Source: Candidatus Doudnabacteria bacterium
Lineage (GTDB): Bacteria > Patescibacteriota > Doudnabacteria > UBA920
NCBI GenBank assembly: GCA_963788395.1
Contig: CAWBGV010000031.1
Coordinates: forward strand, 7,116-71,115
Direction: 5' to 3'
DNA length: 64,000 bases
This document shows, in pieces, positions 1-14,513 of this stretch (its first letter is position 1; every line of letters begins with the position of its first letter). The translations under genes and the position numbers were made by a program. The notes under the pieces were generated by a model. The model saw only the letters and a list, made by a program, of their open reading frames with translations, was not told the DNA's origin and made no database searches.

Positions 1-593
1 ACGTCCGTCAAAAAGGACCTTTGGGCAACGCTACCCCCATTTGGAACGCACGCGAAATTATTGGCGATGAGCCGTTTTTAGTGTTATGGGGAGATGAATT
101 TATGGACGCCCAGCCCAGCCGGTCACAACAATTAATTAAAGCCTTCGAAAGTTTAAACAGCAGCGCCGTAATTGCCAGTATCACCAAAAAGACTCCGGAA
201 GACTATAAACGTTACGGATATGCTGCCGGCAAGGAAATGTCTCCGGGAGTTTTGGAAATTCAGGAAATTATTGAAAAACCGGGAGTGGAACGAATCAAAT
301 CCGACTACGCTCTGATTGGCGGTTCGGTTTACGAACCGGAAATGTTTAATGCTATCGAAGAAGCCATGCATCGTTTAGAGGCCGAAAATACCCCCCGCGA
401 ACTGGTATATATAGACGCAGTCAATATTTTATTGGAGCGGGGCAAGGCCTGCCACGCGGTTAAAATAAAAAATGGTAACTTTTTTGACTGCGGCAACAAG
501 CTGGAGTACCTAAAAACCGTGGTGGAATTCGGCTTAAAGCACGAAGATTTACACGAAGAATTTGCAGAATATTTAAAATCGATAAAAATATAA
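1..593 (+). CDS. galU: UTP--glucose-1-phosphate uridylyltransferase-like sugar nucleotidyltransferase, 3' part (5' end outside window)
   Basis: The frame is open from the window edge (VRQKGPLGNATPIWNAREIIGDEPFLVLWGDEF...), with GalU-type nucleotidyltransferase motifs. Stop TAA at 591-593. The listed ORF 21-593 is only the TTG-initiated inner part. Confidence 0.7.
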   Translation, partial: VRQKGPLGNATPIWNAREIIGDEPFLVLWGDEFMDAQPSRSQQLIKAFESLNSSAVIASITKKTPEDYKRYGYAAGKEMSPGVLEIQEIIEKPGVERIKSDYALIGGSVYEPEMFNAIEEAMHRLEAENTPRELVYIDAVNILLERGKACHAVKIKNGNFFDCGNKLEYLKTVVEFGLKHEDLHEEFAEYLKSIKI

Positions 594-595
594 TA

Positions 596-647
596 GCGAA
601 TAGTGAATAGGTAATAGTGTTTCCACTATTCGCTATTGCCTATTCGC
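596..647. repeat. Imperfect hairpin whose arms are tandem heptamers (GAATAGT/GAATAGG/TAATAGT vs ACTATTC/GCTATTG/CCTATTC)
   Basis: gcgaatagtgaataggtaatagtg-tttc-cactattcgctattgcctattcgc lies between the galU stop and the next start. Possible terminator, but there is no T-run. Confidence 0.5.
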
Positions 648-654
648 TCACTGT

Positions 655-1966
655 ATGAAACAAAAAATAAAATCCATCAAAGTCATTATTTTGGCGGCGC
701 TGCTCGCGGCACTCTCTTTTGGCTGCGGAACAGCTTCCAGTCCGGGTATAACGAACCAGCAGGTAACCCTGAATTTTTGGATGCCATTTGAACCGACAGA
801 AAATATTGAGCCGCTAATTAACGATTACGAGAAGCTGCACCCCAATGTGCATATCGTCTACACAGAAAAAGATGAGACTACTTACCCGACCGATTTAATT
901 AATGCTCTGGCCAGCGGGAATGGTCCGGATATATTTTCCATCAATAACGCCTGGTTGCCCGCGTATAAAGACAAAATTACGCCCCTGCCCGCAACGCCTG
1001 TTGACCCCAACTTTAATTTTGCCACCTATAAAAAAGATTTTGTCAGCGTTGTTACCCAGGATTTTACTCAAAATCAACAGATTTACGGAGTACCGCTTTC
1101 GGTAGATTCTTTGGCCCTCTACTATAATAAAGATTTGCTCGGGGACCGCCGGTATTGCCACGCCCCCGCAAACTTGGCAACAACTGGCTCAGGATGTGCA
1201 ATTAATTAAGCAGCAAGATAGTACCGGTTACTTTACCCGCAGCGGGATTGCCATGGGCACGAATGCCAACGTGAATCGCGCTGTGGACATTCTTTACTTA
1301 TTTATGCTTCAGGACGGCGTGGTACCCTACAGCAGCGATGGTACCACCCCGACTTTCGCCCAGTCAGTCGTGCAGAGCGGTAATACGCTAAATCCGGGAG
1401 TGGACGCGTTAACTTATTATACTTCTTTTGCCAATCCTTCCAGCCCTAACTATAACTGGAATGCGCGGAGTGATTATTCTATCGATGCTTTTGCTAATGG
1501 CCGAGCGGCGTTCTTGATCAGCTACTCTTATTCTCGGGCAACCATCTTAGCCGAAGCTCCCAATTTAAATTTTGATGTTGCGCCGGTTCCTCAGCCAAAT
1601 TTAAGCAATCCTAGCGTTAATTTTGCTAATTATTGGGGCGAGGTGGTCAGTAAACAGACGAAAAGCCCAAATACAGCGTGGGATTTTCTGAAATTCATTT
1701 CTTCTAAAACTGAACTGGATAAATTTTATGCTCTATCTAAAGAGCCGGCTTCACGGACCGATTTGATCGGTCTGCAGATTACTGATCCCGATATTGGAGT
1801 GTTTGCCAATGCCAATTTGACCGCCCAGGATTTTTACCGCCCCGATCAAGCACAAATGGATACAATTTTTGGCCAAATGATTGACAATGTCATCCTCAAC
1901 GGCCTAAGCCCCAGCGATGCCTTAAACCAGGCTCAGCAACAAGCTGCCACCCTGACCCAGCAGTAA
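655..1966 (+). pseudogene. ABC-transporter extracellular solute-binding protein (family 1, sugar-type) with lipoprotein-like signal peptide; frame broken by 1 nt in a GGGG run at 1141-1144
   Basis: ORFs 655-1209 and 1196-1966 are two halves of one SBP. Frame A reads ...LYYNKDLLG, then nonsense. Frame B continues TAGIATPPQTWQQLAQDVQLIKQQD..., the expected SBP sequence. N-terminus is MKQKIKSIKVIILAALLAALSFGCG. Confidence 0.8.
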
Positions 1967-2042
1967 TTCAGAAGCAGTCTCAAATATTTTTGTCATTCTT
2001 TAAATTTCCTGTTATACTTAAGCAGCAACAAGTACCAAAAAT

Positions 2043-2360
2043 ATGTTTACCCATGTCGTAATATTTCTTTGGATTTCTATGGCTCTGCTGGTGCTGGGCA
2101 GCGTCTATTTAATCGTTGAAGGCGTAAAAGTCCACAAGTTATTTGCCGATTCCATAGTGGGTAAACTGGTCAAGGCACTGGTGGTAGTATTTTTGATCAA
2201 TTTGTATTCGTTGGGGATTGTCAGCCTGGCTTTTGTTACTTTTAAACCCGACGGAATTGTCGTCTTGTTGCCGATAATCTTTTTGTGGATTCTGACTTTG
2301 ATTTTTGCCATAATTGCTATTCGCTCAGCAAAAATGGAAGTAAATAAACTCTTGCAGTAA
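2043..2360 (+). CDS. Hypothetical small integral membrane protein (3 predicted TM helices)
   Basis: 105-aa ORF of hydrophobic helices, with no recognisable family. The antisense ORF 2105-2311 is rejected. Confidence 0.5.
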   Translation: MFTHVVIFLWISMALLVLGSVYLIVEGVKVHKLFADSIVGKLVKALVVVFLINLYSLGIVSLAFVTFKPDGIVVLLPIIFLWILTLIFAIIAIRSAKMEVNKLLQ

Positions 2361-2382
2361 TTTAATTATTAATCAAGTTCAT

Positions 2383-2592
2383 ATGCCAAAATCTACTGCG
2401 CAACCGCAGGAATATGACCCTCGTTGGTTTATTTGGACAATAGTTTTTTTGGTCGTCACCGGGATTTCTTTGGTCAGTTACATTGTATTGAGCGACAATG
2501 GCACGGAAAACATCTACCCTAACCAGGGTCCTCGGATGATCATGCATCCCCCCAAAGATCTTTCCACCACCGCCAATACTACAAAAAAATAA
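2383..2592 (+). CDS. Hypothetical small membrane-anchored protein
   Basis: 69-aa ORF with one TM segment (WFIWTIVFLVVTGISLVSYIVL), followed directly by a strong terminator. Confidence 0.4.
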   Translation: MPKSTAQPQEYDPRWFIWTIVFLVVTGISLVSYIVLSDNGTENIYPNQGPRMIMHPPKDLSTTANTTKK

Positions 2593-2607
2593 AATAATTT
2601 TTACGCG

Positions 2608-2640
2608 AATCGTTTTTACCGAAAGGTAAAAACGATTTTA
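2608..2640 (+). terminator. Rho-independent terminator
   Basis: aatcgtttttacc-gaaa-ggtaaaaacgatt: a 13-bp perfect stem with a GAAA loop, followed by tt. Confidence 0.6.
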
Positions 2641-2653
2641 GCTTTGAAGCTTC

Positions 2654-2682
2654 TTGATTTTTTTTCTCAGGTATGCTATAAT
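2654..2682 (+). promoter_or_regulatory. Sigma70-type promoter (TTGATT-N17-TATAAT)
   Basis: -35 ttgatt at 2654-2659, a 17-nt spacer, and -10 tataat at 2677-2682, upstream of the CAP-domain gene. Confidence 0.45.
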
Positions 2683-2829
2683 ATATCTAAGTTAAAGATT
2701 TGTTTGCCGGACAAAATTTTCGGCAAACTTGAAACAAAAACACATTTTTTAAGCACAAAAGTACAATACGCGGGCTAAAATCGTCCTTTGTCTTTATTTG
2801 TGCTCAAAAAAAACAAAAATAAAATTTTC

Positions 2830-4110
2830 ATGGAATACGTCTTAAAAGCATTTTACGTCCCTGAGGGGTACTTAAAAAAAGTCTGGGCGGGTCCTCAATG
2901 GTTGGCTGTGCACTTGCACGACCATTTTATTCCGCATGCCCGCAATAACTACCACCCCCACATTTTTAGTCAGCGGATGACCGCGTTGCTTTCGGCGTTG
3001 CTGGTAACGATTAAAATTTTTACCCTGGCCAGTATTACGCTGGGGCCAATCGCTCCCGCCTATTCATCGGCGATTAGCGTAGCAAATATTATCAGTCTAA
3101 CTAACCAGTCGAGGAATCAATACAACTTACCGGCTTTAACTGAGAATCAATTGCTTGATCAGGCTGCTCAGGCCAAAGCCAACGATATGTTGGCCAAGGG
3201 TTATTTTGCGCATGTCACCCCCACCGGTCAGACTCCCTGGGATTTTATTACCGCAGCCGGTTATAATTATATTACCGCCGGCGAAAATTTAGCCGTTAAT
3301 TTTACCCAAGCAGAAGACGTAGAAACTGCTTGGATGAACAGTCCAGATCACAAAGCTAATATTATTAACAGAAATTATCAGGATATTGGGATTGGTATCT
3401 CTCAAGGCCAATATCAGGGCCACCTGGCAACCTTTGTGGTTCAGATGTTCGGAACGCAGGCTAACGAAAAAATTGCCTTAACCAGCGCGCCGACTCCTGT
3501 TCAAACTCAAGCTGTCCCTCCGCCCCAATCTCAACCCCTGCCGGTTTTGTCGAAAGGTACGGTGAAGTCGGCCCAAACCTCAAATCTTGCTCCCGTACCC
3601 ACTCCGGTTAGCCCCCAGCCGATTGCGCTTACTAATCCCCAAGCTAATTATGTGGATAACCAGCTGATTGTTTCTACTCAAGCCTCCCCAAATGTTATAA
3701 AAATTATAGCCCGGTATGGATCCGAAGGTTTCATGTTAGCCCCAGGACCAAATGGACAGTGGCAAGGAACCGCTAATCTAAGCGATCTAGCCAATAGTAA
3801 TGGAGCTTTGTTGCTCCAAGCTTACGATATTTTCGGCAATAGCCAAAATATTCAGGTTGCCGACTTTGCGGCCAGTACCCCAGCCAATTATAGCCTTATG
3901 CCACAGGCCAAAAACAATCAAATTAGCTTATTTGGGCTGCAATTTGATCCCCAGGCGGCAGAACAGCGATTTTACGCAATCTTTATAGCAGCTATGCTGA
4001 CTTGTTTAATCGTGGCGATTGCAGTCAAGCGAAGGGTCCAACATGTCAATTTAGTGGCAAATGCCGCTTTTATGGTGCTTTTAGCTTGTATATTTTGGGT
4101 AGGACATTAG
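2830..4110 (+). CDS. CAP/SCP (PR-1-like, YkwD-type) domain protein with N-terminal TM segment, Pro-rich linker and C-terminal double TM anchor
   Basis: CAP-domain sequence NQYNLPALTENQLLDQAAQAKANDMLAKGYFAHVTPTGQTPWDFITAAGYNYITAGENLA...WMNSPDHKANIINRNYQDIGIGI. C-terminus is FYAIFIAAMLTCLIVAIAV...FMVLLACIFWVG. ATG 2830 is preferred over TTG 2788. Confidence 0.8.
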   Translation: MEYVLKAFYVPEGYLKKVWAGPQWLAVHLHDHFIPHARNNYHPHIFSQRMTALLSALLVTIKIFTLASITLGPIAPAYSSAISVANIISLTNQSRNQYNLPALTENQLLDQAAQAKANDMLAKGYFAHVTPTGQTPWDFITAAGYNYITAGENLAVNFTQAEDVETAWMNSPDHKANIINRNYQDIGIGISQGQYQGHLATFVVQMFGTQANEKIALTSAPTPVQTQAVPPPQSQPLPVLSKGTVKSAQTSNLAPVPTPVSPQPIALTNPQANYVDNQLIVSTQASPNVIKIIARYGSEGFMLAPGPNGQWQGTANLSDLANSNGALLLQAYDIFGNSQNIQVADFAASTPANYSLMPQAKNNQISLFGLQFDPQAAEQRFYAIFIAAMLTCLIVAIAVKRRVQHVNLVANAAFMVLLACIFWVGH

Positions 4111-4210
4111 GCTCGCTAGTAAGGGTAAAAGCATTTTTTATAGCATTGACTTCACGAAATTTAAAAAATGTCGTATAATATTCCTATCACTAGTTTACTA
4201 AAAGAAATAA

Positions 4211-4693
4211 ATGGAAAATTCAAATTCCGAACCTAATCGTTCGCCGCAAAGCCAAAATAAATGGCTGTCTTTGCCTATAGTATTAGTAGGCGTTGTGGTG
4301 CTGATTATTTTGATTATAGTTTACGCCTATTTAGAAAGCCCGGGATATAAAAAGGGTCACTTAGCCAAATTAACGGGTGTTCCGGAAAATTTTATATTAA
4401 CCTCATCTGCTACCCGAGCCCCTGTTCCTGATGTAAGCAACTACCCCTTGTTCTCTTTTGAAACTATGGCTCCGGGATTGCAATACCAGTTGCCGATAGC
4501 TCGCCAAGAGGCTGCCAAAGAAATATTGCAGCAGATGCAAACTGGCGGTTGGGTCGCTATAGGAGGCTCTGATACTTATTCAAATAGGACAGTATTCAAA
4601 GTCGGTAAAGGCAATCAAGTTATAATGATTCAGCTCACGGACGCAGCTAATGGCCATACCCAAGTCAGTATTTATAAAGTCAACCATAAATAA
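4211..4693 (+). CDS. Hypothetical membrane-anchored protein
   Basis: 160-aa ORF with an N-terminal TM segment (WLSLPIVLVGVVVLIILIIVYAYL) and a soluble C-terminal domain. No recognisable family. Confidence 0.55.
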   Translation: MENSNSEPNRSPQSQNKWLSLPIVLVGVVVLIILIIVYAYLESPGYKKGHLAKLTGVPENFILTSSATRAPVPDVSNYPLFSFETMAPGLQYQLPIARQEAAKEILQQMQTGGWVAIGGSDTYSNRTVFKVGKGNQVIMIQLTDAANGHTQVSIYKVNHK

Positions 4694-4739
4694 TTTCAAG
4701 ACTAAATTTTATTTCAGTTTTAATAAAAAGTCGCCTGGT

Positions 4740-10342
<5,603 letters not shown>

Positions 10343-10378
10343 AAATAGCTCCCCCTCGAGGGAGCTATTTTTATTTAT
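10343..10378 (+). terminator. Hairpin / probable terminator after guaB
   Basis: atagctccccctcgagggagctat followed by ttttatt. Confidence 0.5.
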
Positions 10379-10533
10379 AGTTGTTTACAGCTCCAGTTGT
10401 CAGTCGCAAAGGCAAAGCAATTTTTGCAGCGAGGACTGTTTGAGCCAACTTTATTTTAAATGAATATAGCGGCGAGTTCCGCAGCAAAAAAATTGCTTTG
10501 CCTTTGCGAACAACTGGAGCTGTAAACAACTTT
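10379..10533. repeat. Long imperfect inverted repeat (~50-bp arms, ~55-nt centre) between convergent guaB and guaA
   Basis: Left arm is gttgtttacagctccagttgtcagtcgcaaaggcaaagcaatttttgcagcg. The right arm's reverse complement is gttgtttacagctccagttgttcgcaaaggcaaagcaatttttttgctgcg. Confidence 0.7.
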
Positions 10534-10534
10534 T

Positions 10535-12139
10535 TTACCCCCATTCTATTGTGGTAGGTGGTTTGTCCGAAATTCGGTAAACTACATTGCCGACTTCGCG
10601 GATTTCGTTGGTCATGCGTTGGGAAACGGATTTGAGAAAATCATACGGTAATTCCGCGGCCCGCGCCGTAAAGCCATTGACGCTCCAGACTGCCCATAAA
10701 GCCACCACGCAGCCTTCAGCCGCGTCATCACCTTTGGTGCAAGTGGTCATAGACAAAGTCACTACCGCGCCGGCTTGCCAGACACTTTCGTACAATTTCC
10801 AGGCGCGTAGTTCTTCAATGTAAATTTGGTCAATTTTTCGGGCGATTGAAAGTTTCTCGGCAGTCACTTCGCCTTCTATCCGGACCACCAGGCCGGGTCC
10901 GGGAAAAGGGTGCCGGATTAACAAGGCTCCCGGAACCCCCAATGAGCGGCCAATGTTGCGGGCGCTATCTTTAACGCAATCATCCAGGGGAGCTAATTCC
11001 GGGAGGGAAAATTTCAAATCCACATTATGGTGGATTTTAATTTGGGCTTTGCGCGCGCCGCTCTGGTAACCGCCGCCGCTTTCGGAAATATCGGTATAGA
11101 GCGTACCTTGAGCGATAAAATCCGCGCCAAAATTTTTGGCTTCGGTTTCCAGAACCTCTTTGTAAATGCCTCGAATAGCCAGGCGTTTGTCTTTCATCGA
11201 CGTTTGACCCTTCAGGGCTTCAAGGAAAGCGCTGGTGGCGTCAGCGATTTTGACTTCTATCCACGGCTGCCCGTTAAAATATTCCAGGACATGAGCCTCG
11301 TCATCCGGGCGGTCAATCCCTTTAATATAGACGCCTTTGATTGTAGTTCCGTTATTTTCGGCGGCTTCCTTGAGCAGGTAGGCGACTACCGACGAATCAC
11401 TGCCTCCGGAAAGAGCGATCAGAATTTTTTTGCCCGCAATTTTTTCTCGTAACTCCATCACCTTTTGCTGGGCAATGCTGGCAGCCGGATAGCGGTCCTT
11501 GGCGCCGCAGATTGTAAAGCAGAAATTTTCGTAAATTTGCAGACCATATTCGGTCTCAGTTACTTCCGGATGGAACTGGACGCCCCAAAGGTGTTCAAAA
11601 TTGCCGGCGGAAGCCGGAGCGTGCTCGGTGATTCCCAAAATATGCATTTTGGGATCGGCTAAAATTTTATCGCCGTGGCTTTCCAGCACGCGGGAAATTT
11701 TGGGGACGGCTTTGAATAACGGAGAAGACTCGTTGGTAATAGTGAATTGATGCGTGCCAAACTCGCGTTGGTCGGAACCGACAACCGGAACACCAATGTG
11801 CCGGGCCCACATTTGGAAACCGAGGCAGATGCCGAGCGTGGGTATTCCCAGATCAAATATTTGCGAATCAAACGGCGGCGGTTCGGCATGGACCGAAGCC
11901 GGGCCGCCGGAAAGGATAATGCCGGTTGGCTGGATGGTTTTTACGTCTTCGGCATTCAGGCTGCTTGGATCGGCCACTAAACAAAAAACGCCCAGGGCTT
12001 CCAGACGTTGCTTAATCAGGTGGTCAAACTGGCTGCCCATGGCGAATAGCAGAAAAAGTTCATTGGTTTTACGGAGGGTTTTTTCTTCGGCAATTTCCCG
12101 CAGCGTGGCCGGGGTAGTGTTGGTTAAGGTTTTGAGCAT
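10535..12139 (-). CDS. guaA: GMP synthase (glutamine-hydrolysing)
   Basis: GATase domain (GICLGFQ, HPE), ATP-pyrophosphatase P-loop ALSGGSDSSV, and C-terminal dimerisation domain ending PPTTIEWG. Confidence 0.95.
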   Translation of the reverse strand: MLKTLTNTTPATLREIAEEKTLRKTNELFLLFAMGSQFDHLIKQRLEALGVFCLVADPSSLNAEDVKTIQPTGIILSGGPASVHAEPPPFDSQIFDLGIPTLGICLGFQMWARHIGVPVVGSDQREFGTHQFTITNESSPLFKAVPKISRVLESHGDKILADPKMHILGITEHAPASAGNFEHLWGVQFHPEVTETEYGLQIYENFCFTICGAKDRYPAASIAQQKVMELREKIAGKKILIALSGGSDSSVVAYLLKEAAENNGTTIKGVYIKGIDRPDDEAHVLEYFNGQPWIEVKIADATSAFLEALKGQTSMKDKRLAIRGIYKEVLETEAKNFGADFIAQGTLYTDISESGGGYQSGARKAQIKIHHNVDLKFSLPELAPLDDCVKDSARNIGRSLGVPGALLIRHPFPGPGLVVRIEGEVTAEKLSIARKIDQIYIEELRAWKLYESVWQAGAVVTLSMTTCTKGDDAAEGCVVALWAVWSVNGFTARAAELPYDFLKSVSQRMTNEIREVGNVVYRISDKPPTTIEWG

Positions 12140-12387
12140 GTTTGATAGTTTATACTACCATATTTGCTTATTCTTGAAAAATCCCCGCTAACTCTTTATA
12201 CTAGTGTAAGAAAACCTAGAAGTAGTCTTAAAACTTGCTTTGGAGCCGGGATTGCAGAATTTCGAGCGGATTGACGAAAACAATTTTTGACGTTTAGCCT
12301 GAGCTAAACGGAGAAAATTTTTTCGGCAAGCCGCCGAAATTATGCAATTACGGCCCGAATGAAGTTTTGAGACCACTTCCTAACTAC

Positions 12388-13217
12388 ATGCGCACTCTCC
12401 TTCATCTTTCGGATCTGCATTTTGGGAAAATAGACCAAGAAATTCTCAAACCGCTGCGGCAGGCGGTTATTTCTATTAAACCGAACATTGTGGTGGTTTC
12501 GGGCGACTTAACGCATCGGGCGCGGCGGTCGCAGTTTTTGGAGGCTAAAAAGTTTTTGAGCTCCTTGCCGTACCCCAAAGTCGTGGTCCCCGGCAATCAT
12601 GATATTCCTTTGTACGATGTGTTTACGCTGATGACCGACCCGCTCGGTCCTTACCGGCAGTATATTTTTGAAAATACTGACCCATTTTTTATCGACGAAG
12701 AAATTGCGGTTTTGGGTTTAAACACGGCCTGGCCTTTGGGGATGGCTTTGGCCGGCAGAATTGACCGGAAGCACCGCCGTTTAATTGAACAGTATTTAAA
12801 AGGCGTGGATGATACGCGGACAAAAATTGTGGTGACGCACCATCCGTTCGAATTGCCGGAGGTTCATATTCCGTTCGCGCAGCTGCGGGTCCGCGGCGCG
12901 CGCAAGGCTATGGCCGTGCTGGCGCGCTGCCATGCGGATGTTTTTCTTTGGGCCACTTGCATATTAGTAATATTGCTCATTCAGCGGCGCGTTATAAAAT
13001 CGAAGGACACAATGCGCTGATTATTCAGGCCGCCGCCGCGGCCGCCGCCCATGAGCGACGCGATATTCATTCTTTTAACGTGCTCCAGATAGAAAAACCG
13101 CGTATTGCGGTTACGCGGTATGTCTGGGACGAAATTCAAAATACTTTTTACCCGCTCCCGGCCCAGCACTTTTTGCATAGCGCGGGAGGGTGGAAAAATA
13201 ATCGGGAAAAGTTTTAA
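12388..13217 (+). pseudogene. Calcineurin-like metallophosphoesterase; frame broken by a 1-nt deletion near 12947-12952
   Basis: Motifs DLHFG, GDLTH, GNHD and THHP are in ORF 12367-13020. The final GHLH motif continues in ORF 12948-13217 (GHLHISNIAH...). The junction ctttgggccac reads L-W-G-H-L-H only if GGG is GGGG. Confidence 0.75.
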
Positions 13218-13531
13218 TGCATCATGTTGCCGGAAGTAGTCGGGCTTGGCATCATGGAATTGTTGTCCATCATCCCCGAGCCGGAACTGGAAGAATTGTT
13301 CATCATTGAGCCGCTATCATGCATTTGAGTTCCGTCGGGCATCTTCATCATGGTATCGTTGCTGCTGCTGCCCATCATCATGGTTTCAGTGGGGGAGGGT
13401 GTTGGGGTGATTGCTGGTGTTTGGCTAACTGTTTGATTCCCCGGTTGGCTGGCCGTCTGCTGGCTACAACCAGCGGCCATTAAAGCTAATAAGGCTAAGG
13501 GAACGGCCACGTAGGCGTACTTTGCTTTCAT
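13214..13531 (-). CDS. Small Met/Ser-rich secreted lipoprotein (possible Cu(I)/metal-binding)
   Basis: Start MKAKYAYVAVPLALLALMAAGC (lipobox AAGC), preceded by an agga SD-like sequence. The mature part carries many MxM/MM/MH clusters (TETMMMGSS..DTMMKMPDGTQMHDSGSMMNN..GMMDNNSMMPSP..GNMMH). Confidence 0.6.
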   Translation of the reverse strand: MKAKYAYVAVPLALLALMAAGCSQQTASQPGNQTVSQTPAITPTPSPTETMMMGSSSNDTMMKMPDGTQMHDSGSMMNNSSSSGSGMMDNNSMMPSPTTSGNMMH

Positions 13532-13696
13532 TTTTTTCCTTTCGTTGAATCTTTGGAAAAGATTCATGTTAAGTTTACTTTACATTTATAATAAGCTATT
13601 AAAAAAAGAGTGTCAAGTTGGCTTTACATGGACTGTTTACAGTTGATGCCTGTTTTGGTAAAATAAGAAATCTTCGAAAATACCAAGGAGGCTGTC

Positions 13697-14215
13697 ATGA
13701 CTCGGGAAGAATACGGAGCGGCATACGAAAAGGGTTTTGGTACAACGGTAAGGTTTCTACAAACCAAAGGGGCATTTTATGACGCTGCGGTAGAGACGGT
13801 GCAAGCGGCTTGGGCCAAAGGGTGGGAGAGGCTTTACCAATTACAAGATCCCCATAGGCTCTTAGTCTGGATGAACTCCGTGGCTTACAATTTATTCCGC
13901 AGTTCGTTTCGACACGCGGAGATGCAAGCCCTATCAGCGGAGATAGCACCAACGAGTTATCTCAATTTGTCGGCCATGGACGCCCGGCGGATACTGAAAC
14001 TTTGCAACCACTCAGACCGGCAACTGTTAGAACAGCACTACTTTGATGGTTACAAAGTTCAAGAGATTGCCGAGTTAACCGGTATTGTGGAAAACAATGT
14101 CAGGGTTCGTTTGACGAGGGCCAGAAAAAACGCCCGCAAGATCTTAAAAATGAGCGCAATTCCGAAACTCCGAACTAAACGAAAAGCAAGAACAACTATC
14201 TCCAAAGCAGTCTAA
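13697..14215 (+). CDS. RNA polymerase sigma factor, sigma-70 family, ECF-like (regions 2 and 4 only)
   Basis: AAGGAGG lies 6 nt upstream. Region 2-like sequence LLVWMNSVAYNLFRSSFR and region 4 HTH LLEQHYFDGYKVQEIAELTGIVENNVRVRLTRARKNARKIL. Confidence 0.8.
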   Translation: MTREEYGAAYEKGFGTTVRFLQTKGAFYDAAVETVQAAWAKGWERLYQLQDPHRLLVWMNSVAYNLFRSSFRHAEMQALSAEIAPTSYLNLSAMDARRILKLCNHSDRQLLEQHYFDGYKVQEIAELTGIVENNVRVRLTRARKNARKILKMSAIPKLRTKRKARTTISKAV

Positions 14216-14246
14216 TCCCGCATCGGAATGCTTTCTAAGCACTATA

Positions 14247-14277
14247 AAACACCGAAACTTTTCGGTGTTTTTTTATT
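14247..14277 (+). terminator. Rho-independent terminator
   Basis: aaacaccgaaa-ct-tttcggtgttt followed by a T-run. Confidence 0.6.
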
Positions 14278-14320
14278 TATGATCTATTAGCAAAAATTAG
14301 ACTGGATCCAAAGTAAACTC

Positions 14321-14394
14321 TGGTGGACCATGGGAGAATCGAACTCCCGCCTATCGGATGCAAACCGATTGCACTACCACTATGCTAATGGCCC
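14321..14394 (-). tRNA. tRNA-Ala (anticodon UGC), CCA encoded
   Basis: Reverse complement is gggccattagcatagtggtagtgcaatcggtttgcatccgataggcgggagttcgattctcccatggtccacca. It folds as a cloverleaf with the G3:U70 Ala identity pair and anticodon loop tt-TGC-at. Confidence 0.9.
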
Positions 14395-14513
14395 GTACTT
14401 TACTGATTACGAATGGGTACGAATATACCAATTACTAATTGAGGGCTTTTATTCGTAATTGGTATATTAGTATAAATTAGTAATCCGTAAAGTCAGTAAA
14501 ATCCTAAGCTGTC

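Noticed and set aside
4650-4739. N-terminal 30-codon extension of the giant protein (ORF-track start at 4650)
   Set aside because: It overlaps the end of the preceding gene, and the signal peptide begins at ATG 4740.
12140-12366. A possible purine riboswitch or regulatory RNA upstream of guaA, and the 62-aa ORF 12188-12376
   Set aside because: The reverse complement shows two small hairpins (cgtttagc-tcag-gctaaacg and ttcggc-ggct-tgccgaa) but none of the purine-riboswitch core sequences. The ORF has no start context and lies in the divergent promoter region.
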